Under the pieces are notes generated by a model, which saw only the letters and a program-made list of their open reading frames with translations, searched no databases and was not told the DNA's origin. Positions 13,609 through 27,513 of a stretch of 64,000 nt of DNA are shown here, piece by piece (within the stretch, counting starts at the first letter, position 1; each line of letters begins with the position of its first letter). The DNA is from Dipteris shenzhenensis (Eukaryota): the NCBI GenBank assembly GCA_047967505.1, contig CM106538.1. One strand, given 5' to 3'. A program made the translations under genes and the position numbers.

Positions 13609-14608
13609 TGTTAGCTCTTTCGTACTGCTTTTGTAGGAAGAGCTGGGTCCTCTTAGTATGCAAGGTTCCGAGGCTTTTTGTCACCTACAAATATAGTGGG
13701 GTTGTCGGTTGTAGTATATATGTAGCTTAGGACATCGAGTCATGTTTCGGTGAGAGACATAGGCTTAAGTGTGGTAAGCAAACAAAGTGAATGCATGTGT
13801 AAAAGGAACATGTATCATCATGATTTAGGTAATGAAGGCTTTCGCCTTCATTGGGGGTTGTAGGGTTTAGGAGGAGTTTAAGGGTTAGAAGGAGGTTCCA
13901 GAGTCCAGAAAGAGGTTCCCGGGTTAGAAGAAGGTTCCATGGTTTAGAAGGAGCTCCAGGGTTTAGAAGGAGGTTCTAGTAGATCGTGGAGTTTAAGGGA
14001 TGAGGAACAAAGGGTTTAGGGGGAGCATAGGAGTGGGAGAGAAAGAAGGTGTAAGAGCATGGGGGAAAGAAGAGAGAGGTGCAAGGAGGACAAGGGAGGA
14101 GGACAAGAGGAGAGGAGGAGGAGGAGGGAGGAGGAGGAGGAAGGAGGAGGAGGGAGGAGGAGAGGGAGAGGATGGGTTACAAGGTTGGAGGAGAGGGGAG
14201 GAGGAGTTACGAGGTTAGGACATGCTTTGGACATGGAGTGCAAGGAAGCATGGACACTTGAGACAAATGCTTGGAATACCAAAGTAGACTCAACACAATG
14301 CCCCAAAGAGTGTGGGCTTCATTCCATTATGGGGTATTTATACAAGTTGGAGAGCTTCTCTCTCTGCATGTAGGAATTGTAACACAAAGTTGTAACACTG
14401 TATCACAAAGTTGTAACACAAAGTTGTAACATAAAGTTTTATCACAAAGTTGTAACACAAAGTTGTATCACAAAGTTGTAACACAAAGTTGTAACACATT
14501 CTCTTTCTACATGTAGAAGTTGTATGTAGAAATTGTAACACAAAGTTGTAACACAAAGTTGTATCACATTCTCTTTCTACTTAAGTTCATGTTGGCACAG
14601 AGTCAACA
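13609..14608 (-). repeat. 3' LTR of the Athila-like element (right end uncertain)
   Basis: Aligns with 27514-28538 plus 34401-34537; contains a 20-bp GGTTTAGAAGGAGGTTCCAG-type array, a GGA tract and a 13-bp GTTGTAACACAAA array. Confidence 0.8.
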
Positions 14609-15449
14609 TACTCCCGGATCCATTTTATTACCCATCCTTGGGTTATGGCTTATTTTGATTTCAGAGTTGGGATGCCATGTGCATAATCCAGTGGCTGTTT
14701 AGCTTGTGGCATGCGAGTCATTCCTGTTGTAATACTTTTTTACCATACAATTTGTAGTCTATAGTCAAGAAGCTTATCTCCTCTTAAGGAGGGGTAGATG
14801 GTTGTGAATTTCAGAGGAGATCTCATTGCTGAGGTTGCGGACTCTGCCATCGAATCTTCTTGGGAAGAGGTTTGGTGGGGGTCTTATTGTTGAGGCTAGC
14901 ATTTCTTTCTATCTTGCATACATGTTGGATGTGATTACACCCGTATCATTGAGCTTGTAGATAATTAGTATGCAAGTTTGATATTTTTACATATAGGAGA
15001 CGGCTGTGATGTTTGGCGGGGGTCTCGTTGTGGAGGCTGCAAACTCTTTTGCGAATTCATCTTGAGTTTTAGCATAGCTTCTTGTCCTGCTTGTGAATTC
15101 ATTGCATGCTTTGAGAGAATGAAATGAAAGTATGTGATACTATTATTGATGCAATCTATTATGTGCCTATGCAAAATCATGTGAGTGCATGTGATGTGTC
15201 TAACTATATGCTTATTTGTGGGATTTAATAGGGAAACTAAGATTCAATCATCCCTAATACAAAATCGATTAGGTCTTCCTACATGTGCAAAAATGAGCAT
15301 ATGCTAGTGAGTGTGTGTGTAACAATCTAGTGCAAATTATACGTGCAAAAACGTGAATATGCTAGTGAGTGCTCGTGATACAATCTAATTCTAACTAAGG
15401 AAGACTTGGTTTCCCAAATCTTCATTTTTTTCGGGGATGGCTTGCGTGT

Positions 15450-18400
15450 TGATGTAGTAGCGCTTCAGTTGGCTCCCGTTTACTATTGTGTTAAATTGAA
15501 CTCCATCCAATGTTTCTAGCAGCACAGCTCTGATGGGATTCATCTTTCATACTCGGTATGATCTTTGACCTAGATGCTTTAGTTTCCCCTAGTGTACTTT
15601 GGCATTGTATAACAGGACTAAGTCGCCTTCCTTGATGTCTTTAGCTTTAAGGTTTCTGTCAAACCATGCCTTTCGTCTGCGTTTTTCTATTGTCATGGCA
15701 TGGTAGGCGATTAATCTTGTCTCTGTATGCTTTTCCAATTGATAGAGCCTTTCTTTCAAGGATTCATGGTCACCCATGCGTTCCTGTACTGCGATGCGTA
15801 GACTTGGTATTACAAATTCGAGTGGGACCACAGCTTCAAGGCCGTACACCAATTGAAAAGGTGTGTTCCCTGTACTGACCTTGAATGTGGTTCTATATGC
15901 CCATAAGGCAACATTCAGTTTCTCTACCTAATCAGAACGTTGTGGTTCTACTACCTTGGTGAGGATAATGCATATTATTTTGTTGGTGGATTCTGCTAGT
16001 CCATTCCCTTGGGGGTAGTAGGGTGTGCTTTTTCTATGGATTACCATGAGGCCAAACAAGAGTTCTTGGATTACCTCATTGACAAAATGTGTGCCTCTAT
16101 CCGACACAATTTCAATGGGGCACCCAAATCAAGTGATCACATTTTCGTATAAGAATCTCATAGTCCGTTGGCATACATCACAACCTTTTACATATTCATA
16201 GGCATTTGCCCACAGTGTTGGCCACCAGTAGCCTGTGAGGAGAACTTTTCTTGCTGTGGTGTCCCCTTGGAAGTGTCCTCCTACAATCCCTTCATGGACT
16301 TTACTTAGGATTGGCATGATCTCATGAAGCATTACAATATTTGCTCCTTGCTTATCTTGTACAGTTGTCCTGCACTGAGTTGATAGGGTGCAACCTTTAG
16401 AATCAATTTTCTGGCATCTATTGCTTTCATGTCAGGGGGTGGTCTTCCTACCATCAAGTACCCGATGATGATATCTCCACACCACTCTAGAACAGCATCT
16501 ATTTAAGATAGTGTGGCATCTGGTAAGTCGTCTTCTACTTCAGGGGCTTCTTCTCCTAACTTGACCCGAGACATGTGATCGGCAATGTAGTGTTGGGCAC
16601 CTTTGTGGACCACTATTTTGAAGTTGAATTCTTGAAGCAAGAGGAGCCATCTAGTTATTCTTCTTGTGGTACACAGACGGTTCACAAGATAAAGCAATGC
16701 TTGATGGTCGGTGTAGAAGACAAAATCATTTGCCAATAGATAGTGCCAAAATTTCTTTACACTATACACCATTGCTAGGGATTCTCTTTCTGTGGTTGTA
16801 TAGTTGATCTTTGCATCATTGAGTTGTCGACTGGCAAAGTAGAAGGGGTAGTCTTTCTTATGTTCACCAGGTTGACAAAGAACACTCCCAATTGCATACT
16901 TGGATCCATCAGTATGAACATGAAAATCAATATCCCAATTGGGAGATATAAGGATGGGTGATGTGATTAGGCACCACTTTAAAAGCTCAAAGGCTTGGTC
17001 GCACTCTTTGGTCCATAAGAATTCCACTAATAATTTGTAAAGTGGTCTAGCTATCATGGCATACCACAATATAAATCGTCTATAATAGCCGACATGTCCT
17101 ATAAAGACTTGTACACCTTTGGAATTTGTAGGAGGAGGCAATTCCATGATGATTTTGATTTTGTCCATGTCAGTTGCAATCCCATGTTGAGAGATGATGT
17201 GTCCCAAAACAACTCTGTGGGTGATCATGAACTAGCATTTTGTTGGATTTAGGGAGATGCCTTACTCCCTACATTTGATTAGTACTTCTTCAAGACATTT
17301 GAAGTGATCCTGTTTGTTTGAATGGATGCACAAATCATCCAAGAACACCTGTAAAAGCTTATTCAAAAATGACTTGAAAGCTGTGAACATGACTCGTTGG
17401 AATGTGGCCGAGGCATTACAAAGGCCAAATGGCATGACCTATATGCAAAAATTCCCCATTCTGTAGCAAATGCTTTTTTTGATTGGTCTTGAGGAGCAAT
17501 TTGCGCTTGGTTATAGCCACTAAAGCCATCCAAGAAGCTATATATTTCAGATCCTGCCACCTTTTCCAACACTGTTTCTATTAAGGGTAGGGGATAGTGA
17601 TCCCTCGAGGTCAGCCATAAAGAATGGCATCTTTGGATTGATTGGTTCTTCATGTTGGAGTGGAGGATCTACCTATAGTGCCTTAGCATCAATCTGTGAG
17701 AAGATGGGGTCTAATGAATGGTAGTTGTCAATGGTTGCCAATGTTTGTATCTAGTTATTGAGATTGCTTTGTGAGTCACCTGCTATGGCATGCTATTGCA
17801 AGGGAGCTGATTTGCTTGAGATTGTTGTTGAAGATGTGTCATCCAACACTCTAGGCACAATTGGTTTAATATCTCGTGTCCCCACATTCACCCTGACTAC
17901 AGTGTCTCGATTCTGGATTGTCAGTCTATCAGTTCCCTGGTCATGGAGGACTGATGCTTCCTGTAACCAAGGACGTCCCAGTAAGATTTGATAGGATTGT
18001 TTGGGGAGATCCAAGATTGTGAATTGAAGGGAAAAGCAGACTCCTGCGATCTTTGTGGACACACCATTCACTATCCCCAAGGGTTTAGCCTGTGAATCAT
18101 CGGCAAGGCGTATGTTAAAATTAGCCTTTTGCATTGGTGGGAGATCCCATTCTTCGTAGAGCTCCTTGGATAGGAAATTTACACCTACTCCACCATCCAC
18201 TATGGCTTGGACTTCATTATATGCCTTGTGGATCAAAGGCATAGTAATGTTGCATGTCATCTCTCTCACCCATCCGCAGAAGGATATCTTCAATGTCATT
18301 CATAGGTGGAGGGGAATTTGCGAGTTCAATCCATCCTTTAAAACTCTCCCAGAGATTGGGACAATTCTGTAAGAGGATTCCGATGGGAATTGACACAGGG

Positions 18401-19588
18401 CAACTCAAGATGTTAGAGAGTGTGACTCCTTCAAGTTGACGTGGTAGTACATTCTGTTGTGGAGTCTGTTGTTGGAACAAAGGCTCGAGTACAGTATCAA
18501 TACTTTGTGGGGCCAAGTCATGGATTGGGTCTTGAGCTTGTTTCTTAGCCTCAAATTGAGCTTGTTCATTTTGGACCCATTGTTGAAGTACCTAAAAACG
18601 AGCCTTCTCCACCTCTGCATTCGGGTATGGAGCTTCTTTTATTTGAGGCTCGAGAGTTGATGTGGATGAGCTCGGCTGCTCATTGCTTGGCGGAGGTGGA
18701 GGCACTTTTGCTTTCTTTTTCAAAAGTCGCTTTGGTTGGATTGGAATATTAGGGTCCTTGGTGGCATCTTTTTGTTGGCATGTAATTACATTGACAGGTT
18801 GTGACTTTACACTTGCTGGACCTAGACTTTGATGGTCCACCCCAATGATGCCGATGGGGACGTCAGGCATAATCTCTCTTTGTTTTGGGATCTTATTTTT
18901 CATGGGACAATCCATGCACACATGTCCTATGCCACAATCTTTGCAGAGTGGTTGGAAAGTAGCTGGACTACCATGATGAGGACACTCTACGATCCGGTGA
19001 TTTTCTCCACAACTGTAGCACTTGATTGGGTGCGATATGTGTTGGGACACGCCGGCCTTGTTCGAGCTTGCTTAGTTGGAGAGCAGGATCATCTTGTAGC
19101 CTCTCCATTTGAAAGCATCTTTTAAATTCTATCTGAAGTAGGTCCCATGTGGTGCGCCCTTCCACTAGAAGGTCTAGGTACCATTCAGACGCTTCATCAA
19201 TTAAGGCCATGGGAAACCAAGCCACCTTGGTTTCATGGGATTGATCTCCACCTACGCGGCATGCGGCATCAAAATGCTGGACGAATCGGGCTGGGTCTCC
19301 CTTACCATTATATTTGGGAAGTTTTAGTTTTCCCAAGGGAAATTGGTCTTGATTGTTAATATTTCTTTGATTGAAGAAATTGTCAGCCTCTGCATCGAGG
19401 TCGATATCCCCATCATTGTCATGATGGCAACATCCAACCATGTTGGGACGTGGAGGAGTTAGAGGGAGTGGTTGAAACTCAAGGGGGGATTTGAGGTAGA
19501 GGATTGGCAGGGGCGGTTGTTGCAGTGGAGTTATATGTGGATGTGGCAAGCATTGGAGTTGAAGGCATTGGTCGAAATATAGTTGCAT
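15450..19588 (-). pseudogene. Gypsy gag-pol pseudogene (gag, Zn knuckle, protease, RT, RNase H, integrase)
   Basis: KLKLPKYNGKGDP (gag), CYSCGENHRIVEC, AIVDGGVGVNF (protease), DHYPLPLIE...FLDGFSGYNQ (RT, N-terminus deleted), HTDGSKYAIG...YTTTERE (RH), HEGIVGGHF...CDVCQR and VYGLEAVVP (INT). Multiple stops and frameshifts. Confidence 0.92.
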
Positions 19589-20439
19589 GTAGATTGGGCA
19601 AGATTTGCCAAGGGTGTCTCTGCCACAAGTGCGGGTGTGGATGTAGTGGTGTTGGGAGGGTTAGAGTGGTGTTAGTTTGTGTAGGGAGCATCATGTTATT
19701 AATGTGCCTAAGATTGTCCTACGTGTGTAGGGAAATGTGCCGGTGTAGACAGATCGTTAATCGGAGGTCACGGCATGAAAATATGAGCGAATTTGTGCGA
19801 AACGAGGCCCACATAGGGGCACGAGTGAGCGAGTGCTAGGGATGCCAAAATGGTGTGCAATGGGCTGAAAAAATACCCCATAGTGTGGTGTTTCCATTTG
19901 TGAAATTTGGGTTCAAACGGGGTTCATTTTGGGTCCCAAACAGATGAGTTACAAGGGGTTAAAGTTGGGGTAAATTTTGGGTTTTGGGGGGGGTCCTAAT
20001 GGTGGTGTGAATGGACTTTTAAGTCCAAGTGAGGGGTTGGAACCAAGTTAATCTAGTTAGGTTAACTAACCTATTTGTCTAGTTAGATGCCTAACAATGA
20101 GTCTAACTTAGCCTAGTTAATGTTAAACTGACCATAGTTAGTACAACTATCGAGTTAGGGTAACTAACTAATAGTTATACTAATTGAGCTAAGGTTGAAA
20201 CTAACCTAGCCTATGTTAATACTAACCTAGGTTAAAACTAACCCAACCTAGCCTAGGTTAACGAACCTAACCTAGCCTAAGTAACCTAGCTAATGTAGTC
20301 TAACCTAATCTCAACTAACCTAACCAAGGTTAGTCTAACCTAGAGTTAGTGTAGTGGTTAGGTTTTTTTTTTTTGGGATTGGTGGGGGGGCCTACCCGAT
20401 GGCACCGCAAGGGGGGGGTTCGCATAGAGAGGAGGGGAG

Positions 20440-21085
20440 GGAGGTGGAGGGGGGAATGCTGGGGAGGGGAGGGGAGGAAATAGGGAGGGTGAGAGGGAGG
20501 GGGCATGGGGCTGTAGCGGCGGCGGGGTGGGGGGTACAGGGGAGGGGAGCTCCGATAGGGCGCGGGCACTGTAGCGGCGACGGGGTGGGGGGTATAGGGG
20601 AGGGGAGGGTAGGGCGCAGTCGAGGCTAGGCTGGGCATTGGTGGCAGGGTGCAACGGTGCAATGCGGGGTGCGACTGGTGGCATGGGAGGGGGAAGGGGG
20701 AGGGGGTGGTGGAGATGGAGGGGGAAGGGGGAGGGAAAGGTGGAAATGGAGGGGGAAGGGGGAGGGGGTGGTGGAGATGGCGGGGGGAGAAAGGGGGAGG
20801 TGGAGATGGAGGGGGGGGAAGGGGGAGGTGGAAATGGAGGGGGAAGGGGGAAGGGGTGGTGGAAATGGAGGGGGAAGGGGGAGGGGGAGGTGAAGATGGA
20901 AAGGGGAGGGGGAAGGGGTCGTGAAAATGGAGGGGGAAGGGGGAAGGGGTGGTGGAGATGGAGGGGGAAGGGGGAGAGGAAGGTGGAGATGGAGGGGGGA
21001 GGGGGAAGGGGGAGGGGGAGGTGGAGATGGAGGGGGAGATGGAGGGGGGGGGGGAGATGGAGGGGGAGATGGAGGGGGGGGGGGA
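20440..21085 (+). repeat. Purine-rich low-complexity tandem array (GGAGATGGAGGGGGAAGG-like units), continuing at 26684-26850
   Basis: Seen directly; split by the Copia at 21086-26683. Confidence 0.9.
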
Positions 21086-24000
21086 TGTTGAGATACCGAG
21101 CTCCACTCGCGATGCTCCACTCGCGATATGCCAAGGTGACTATTGTGTATTTATGTCACCGACTTGTTAGCTGGAGATGCGGTTGGTACACCGCCCACGA
21201 ATAATAACTGGATGACAGCTATCCTTATCTACTCTAGTTTGTGGCTCAGTTAGTATGCCACCTTAGTTAGTTGAGTTTGGTTTGAGACCCACATATAGGG
21301 TTCTTCTATTTTCTTTGTACTTGAGTTCTTTTGGCTTTCACAACTAAGAAGAGGAAAACTGTTTTCAACCTCCACCTTTGTGTGTATTCCCCCATTGTGC
21401 ATGTGAGAAAGCCGCAAGTGAGACTCCTTCCCTCTCTCCCACTATCTTCACATGGTATCAGAGCCTTGTTCGTGGTAAGGAGCTCAAGAAAGCAAACCAA
21501 GTTCGCAGTGTCCTGGTAAGAGGACCAATGTTGTTTTCCTATTTCGAGTTTGGGAGCAAATCTCTGCAGGTAGCACAGCCAGAAGTGCAAGAGTGCATTG
21601 TCTCAGATTGAGACGCCCTTCGTGGTGTGGCGAGAGTGCAGTATATGCTGCGGGTGTGGGCGAAGCCCTCAGTGACTTTATTTTTTTGATTCGAGGCCAT
21701 CTCGGGGCCCGTTTTGAAGGCGAAAGTTCTTCGCAGGCACTCAGAAAAAGGCCCTGTTTTGGCTATGCGACCACTGCTCGGCTAGTCGGTGAAAAGTTGC
21801 CGCAGAAATTGCATCATATGCCTGTGTGCAGAGATATTGGGAGTTGCAGATTCATGCTTGTTGCCTGTTGATGCAAAATCATCACTAGGAAGTGACTGTG
21901 TGGTGAAATACCACTTTCGTCAGTTTTGCAGATCTGCCCGTGTGAGGCAAAAGCTGTGTTTTTTGCAGTGACAGAATATTTTGCGGTGTTCTGAAATGGC
22001 ATCTGATTCTCTTTCACAGATTGTCACTGAAAAGCTTGACAAGAAAAACTTCCAGGCATGGAAGTTTAGAATGACGAATTTCCTTATGGGAAAAGGCTAT
22101 TGGGAGTTCATTACAGGAAATGAAGAAGAACCTGTTCTTCCTAATGTTCCCAATCAACAGGAAATGCAGGCATTTAAAGGATGGCATGAGAGAGCCAGGA
22201 AAGTTATGTACTGGCTGTCTATCAGTTTTTCGGACTCCATGATTGTGCATATTCAGGATGCAAGTACGCCAAGGAGGCATGGGATACTTTGGCAAAAATG
22301 TCAGCACAAATACACAAGCCAGGAAAATGCAGCTCAAGCAGGAGCTGCACAATGTGCAGAGAGAAAATATGAGCATCAATGACTACCACATGAAGGTGAA
22401 GAAAATTGCGGATGCACTTGCTTCCATTGGGTCACCAGTGGATGATGACGATTTAGTTTCTATGACCTTGAATGGTCTAGGAAAGGATTATGCACAGTTC
22501 TGGACATCCATTGCCGTCCGTGAAAAATTTGCTGATTTTGAGGAGTTGATTGCTCTTCTAATTTCCGAAGAGCAGAGAAATGGTGGTGCATCTTCTTCAG
22601 CAGGAACTTCAAAAGAAACTATCTTCTACTCAAATGCTGGCAGAGGTAGACGCAGAGGTAGAGGAGGCCGATCTGCAGACCGTGGTAGAAATCAAAATAT
22701 GCAGCAAATGCAAGAAAACCAGTCCTATGCAGGAGGACGTGGTAACTCTAGAGGCAGGGGGAGCCAAAGAGGTCGTGGTGGATGGCAGAGAGGCCAAAAT
22801 GCAAACAACAATGATGAATGCTACTACTGTGGTAAAATGGGGCATATGGCTAAAGACTGCTACAAAAAGCAGAATGACATTATGAATGGAAAATTGCAGC
22901 AAGGCAATTATGCATCCTCTAGTAGACAGGGTGATGACAGAAATGAGCATTTGTTTATGGTGCAGCATATGATAAATTCTGTGACAAGTGCAGTGACAAG
23001 TGCAGAAGAAAGCAATGATGTGTGGTATGTTGACTCAGGTGTGTCAAACCACATGACAGGTCATGCTGAATGGATGCAGGATGCAAGGAAAATGGAAAAC
23101 CTAGGATTTGTGGAGACTGGTGATGATACTGCACATCCTATTGTGCAGATTGGCAAAATTCCTTTGTCTATGCAGGATGGGAAAAAGAAATACTTGTCTG
23201 ATGTATTTCATGTACCGAACATCACCAAGAACCTGGTTTCTGTTGGTCAGATGGTTGAGCAGGGCTTGCAGGTCAGATTTAATCCTCATGGATGCTTTGT
23301 TGAGGATATGAAAAATAATGGTCGCTTGATAGAAAAAGGAAAGAAGAAGGGCAAGATGTTTATGTTGGATGCGGACATGCCTGAATTGAGTGCAGCAATG
23401 TTTGCACATGGGACCGGTGTAGTTGCAGATATTGATATCTGGCACAAACGCATTGGTCATGTTAATATACAGTGACTTAAATCAATGCAAGCCCAAAATA
23501 TTGTTGCAGGATTGCCTAAATTCAAGGTTGTAGAAATGCACAAGGTTTGTGAAGCCTGTCAATTTGGGAAACAGGCAAGGAAACCTTTTCCTAGGCATGT
23601 TCAAGAGAGTAAAAAGCCATTGGAATTAATCCACTCTGATGTGTGGACTACTAAATCTGCATCTATTGGTGGCTGTCACTATTTTGTCACATTTATTGAT
23701 GACTTCAGCAGAAAACTTTGGGCGTATTTTATGAAAAAGAAAAGTGAAGTGTTTGGGCACTTCAAAGCTTTCAAAGCTATGGTTGAAAAAGAAACAGGTC
23801 TGCAAATAAAATGCCTAAGGTCAGATGGAGGGGGAGAGTACCTCTCAAATGAGTTTGCAAGGTTCTTGCAGGAGCATGGTATAAAGCAGCAATATTCATG
23901 CAGTCATATCCCACAGCAAAATGGAATTGCAGAAAGGAAAAACAGGCATATTGGAGAGGTATCTCGGGCTATGCTAAATGAAAAAGATCTACCAGATTAT

Positions 24001-26683
24001 TATTGGGCTGAAGCAGTTGCTACAGCAGTTTATATAATGAACAGGACTCCCACTACAGCAATACATGGCATGACGCCAGAGGAGATGTATACTGGTAGGA
24101 CACCAGATATTTCTCATTTGAAAATTTTTGGTTGCATTGCCTATGTCCATGTGCCAGATGAGTTGAGGTTCAAGTTGGATCCAAAAGCTGAGAAGTGCGT
24201 CTTTATTGGTTATTCTCTGCAACAGAAAGGGTATAGATGCTATAACCCTTCTACTCGTAAGTTTACAGTGAGCAGAGATGTTGTTTTTTATGAGATGAGC
24301 AGCTGGTATAAACCAGTAAATGTGATGATTGATGTAGATGCACAAAATGGTAATGCTGCACAGAATTCACAGCAGCAATCACAAAATATCAGTGCACCTG
24401 CAGTGTCGTCTAGCAGTGGTTCACATACTTCGCCATGGACAGGCAGATTGAGATCAGGAGAATCTCGTCAAAGCAATGCAGAGAGTGGTATGCAGGTATC
24501 ACGAAAAGGAAAAGAGAAGGTAGATCAGCCCATGTTTGATGTGAATGCAGGTCACTCTTGTGTGGATGGTGAATCCAGTGGCTCAGAACAGAGCATTGAT
24601 GATGAGTTGGGTATTCCTTCTGTTGTTACGCCTGGAGTAAGGAAGACCAAGGATGTTTTGAGAGCACCTGGAAGTGAGCCTATTTTGCGCAGGTCTACCA
24701 GGGTTAGGTATCCTGTGGATAGGCTGAAATATGATCGATTTACAGCCATTCACTATGCCTATATGGTCAAAGTGATACAGGAACCAGAACCCACTTCTTT
24801 TGAGCAAGCCATGGGAAATGAAAAATGGGAGAAAGCCATGGATGAAGAAATGGATGCCTTGGATGCAAATGCTACATGGGAATTGGTGCCTTTGCCTAAA
24901 GACAAGAATGCAATTGGCTGTAAGTGGGTTTATAAGATCAAGCACAATGCAGATGGTTCTATGAATAGATACAAGGCAAGATTAGTTGTCAAGGGGTATG
25001 CACAGACATATGGCATTGATTATGAAGAAACTTTAAGCCCGGTTGCAAGGATGGCAACCGTAAGAGCAGCCATTGCTATGGCCGCATCAAAGGGATGGTC
25101 TTTACATCAGATGGATGTAAAGAATGCCTTCTTGCATGGTGATTTGCAAGAAGAGGTCTTTCTGGAGCAGCCAGCAGGTTATGTTCATGCTATTCATCCT
25201 GAGTTTGTTTGCAGGTTAAAGAAAGCCTTGTATGGCTTGAAGCAAGCACCTAGAGCATGGTCTGACAAGATAGGACACTATCTTGTCACTATTGGCTTTC
25301 AGATTTCCAAGGCAGATTTCTCACTCTATGTGAGAAAAACAGAGAAAGGGATTATGCTGCTTGTCATTTATGTTGATGATTTGATCATCACAGGTGATAG
25401 TGATGAAGATATCCTTCATGTGAAAATGCTATTGAGTCAGAAGTTTGAGATGAAGGATTTGGGAGAGCTGCGTTATTTCTTGGGCATTGAGGTGATTAGA
25501 TCACCAAGTGGGATACAGCTCTTGCAGAGGCAGTATGGATTGGACATGCTGTCCAAATATGGGATGACAGGCTGTAAGCCTATTTCAGTTCCTTTGGAGC
25601 AGAATGTGAAGCTGAGCGCAGATGCAGGTGAGCTTCTAGAAGACCCTACTATGTACAGACGCATAGTAGGAAGTTTGATTTACATGACTATTACCAGGCT
25701 AGATTTGAGCTATGCTATTGGGTTGGTAAGTCAGTTTATGCAGGCTCCAAGGAAACCGCATTTGGATGCGGCTAGATGCATACTCAGGTATGTGAAGTCC
25801 ACATTGCAGTATGGACTATTTTATGAGGCTAGGGTTCAGACACAGTTGCATGGATACACTGATGCTGATTGGGCTGGTAGTATTTATGATAGACGATCTA
25901 CCAGTGGATATGTGTTCTCTTTTGGGAGTGCTGCAGTCACTTGGAGCAGCAAGAAACAGCCTACAGTTGCCTTGTCGAGCACAAAGGCTGAGTACAGGGG
26001 TGCAGCAATGGCTGCATGTGAGGTAGCTTGGTTGCATAAGCTACTCTATGATATGCATCAGTCTACAGATGGGCCAGTTGTCATTTATTGTGACAACATG
26101 AGCAGCATACACTTGGCAAAGAACCCAGTCTTTCATGCTAGAACAAAGCACATTGAGGTGCATTATCACTATGTGCGGGAGAAGGTTTTACTAGGCCTTA
26201 TTGATCTAGTTTATGTTAGCACAAAGGATCAGGTAGCTGACATATTCACGAAAGCATTGGGCGCAGAGAAGCTGCGCAAGTTCAGAGACCTGCTTGGTGT
26301 GCAGGAATTGGGATTGAGCTCGAGGGGGAGTGTTGAGATATCGAGCTCCACTCGTGATATGCCAGGGTGACTGTTGTGTATTTATGTCACCGACTTGTTA
26401 GCTGGAGATGCGGTTGGTACACCGCCCACGAATAATAGTTGGATGACACCTATCCTTATCTACTCTAGTTTGTGGCTCAGTTAGTATGCCACCTTAGTTA
26501 GTTGAGTTTGGTTTGAGACCCACATATAGGGTTCTTCTATTTTCTTTGTACTTGAGTTCTTTTGGCTTTCACAACTAAGAAGAGGAAAATTGTTTTCAGC
26601 CTCCACCTTTGTGTGTATTCCCCCATTGTGCATGTGAGAAAGCCGCAAGTGAGACTCCTTCCCTCTCTCCCACTATCTTCACA
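21086..26683 (+). mobile_element. Near-complete Ty1/Copia LTR retrotransposon
   Basis: LTRs 21086-21452 and 26331-26683 (TGTTGAG...TTCACA). Exact TSD GGGGA. PBS TGGTATCAGAGC 21453-21464; PPT GAGGGGGAG 26322-26330. Confidence 0.97.
21996..26370 (+). pseudogene. Copia gag-pol polyprotein with one frameshift (~22270) and one premature TGA (23473-23475)
   Basis: Gag, CYYCGKMGHMAKDC knuckle, WYVDSG protease, LIHSDVW and LRSDGGGEY integrase, QMDVKNAFLHG and YVDD RT, ADWAG and KHIEVHYH RNase H, in Copia order. Confidence 0.95.
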
Positions 26684-27513
26684 GGGGAGGGGGAAGGGGT
26701 GGTGGAAATGGAGAAGGAAGGGGGAAGGGGTGGTGGAAATGGAGGGGGAAGGGGGAGGGGGAGGTGGAAATGGAGGGGGGAGGGGGAGGGGGTGGTGGAG
26801 ATGGAGGGGGAAGGGGGATGGGGTGGTGGAGATGGGGGGGGGGGGGGATAGAGCAAATAAAAAAAACTTGACAGACAGAAATCGAAAGGGAGGGAGAGGT
26901 GGTTACCTGAACGCTCGCCAAGTCTTTCTCGATGTAACGGGATTGTTGAGGAACAATGGACGGTGGGTGGATGGCTGGGTTATCGCTACAAGATGGGCTC
27001 GAAGTTACTTACAATGTGAGGATGGGAGTAAGGTGGTGGTTGATGGAGAGGGAGGAGTGTCTTGCGTAGGGCTCGAAAGGGAGAAGAGAATGGAGGCAAA
27101 ATGTGAAAGATGAAGAATGAGGGGGTGGAGTTGGTTTTTATAGGATTTGAGTTTAGGTTTAGGGTTTAACCCTAAACTCTTCCCGAGCCATAACTCTTTA
27201 TGGATAGCTCGGTTTGCTTTTCTGCAAAAAGGTGAAATGATCGAAATTGCAATCTCTAGGCATTTGTGTCCACTACCTAGCCTAATTGTTTATCATGTGG
27301 CTTCTATTTAAGAAATAAAGAAAATTTCTTAAGGTAGTAACCCAAAGTTGATGCTTGGGGTAGATATGGTTGGCAAGAAATGGGAAAAAAATTTTACTCT
27401 CCTTGCCCTTAACTGTTATGTTCGTGAAAGTTCGAAGTAGTTTGTTTTTTACACATACCTACGTATGTTTACTCGCTACTTGAGATGCTAGTCTCCCCAA
27501 CAATGGTGCCAAA

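Noticed and set aside
14370-14570. CRISPR-like appearance of the GTTGTAACACAAA repeats
   Set aside because: Head-to-tail units with no unique spacers, inside a plant LTR, with no cas genes.
20330-21204. Long Pro-rich/Gly-rich ORFs (also 14000-14373, 26562-27113, 28003-28453, 36037-36592, 39156-39550)
   Set aside because: Stop-free frames produced by low-complexity purine/pyrimidine tracts; not credible extensin or GRP genes.
21453-21464. tRNA genes at TGGTATCAGAGC sites
   Set aside because: These are primer-binding sites next to LTRs, not tRNA genes.
23473-23475. Programmed stop readthrough in Copia pol
   Set aside because: The TGA lies within the pre-integrase region and is best explained as CGA>TGA deamination.
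27140-27180. TTTAGGG motifs as an interstitial telomere
   Set aside because: Only two or three units within a retrotransposon leader.
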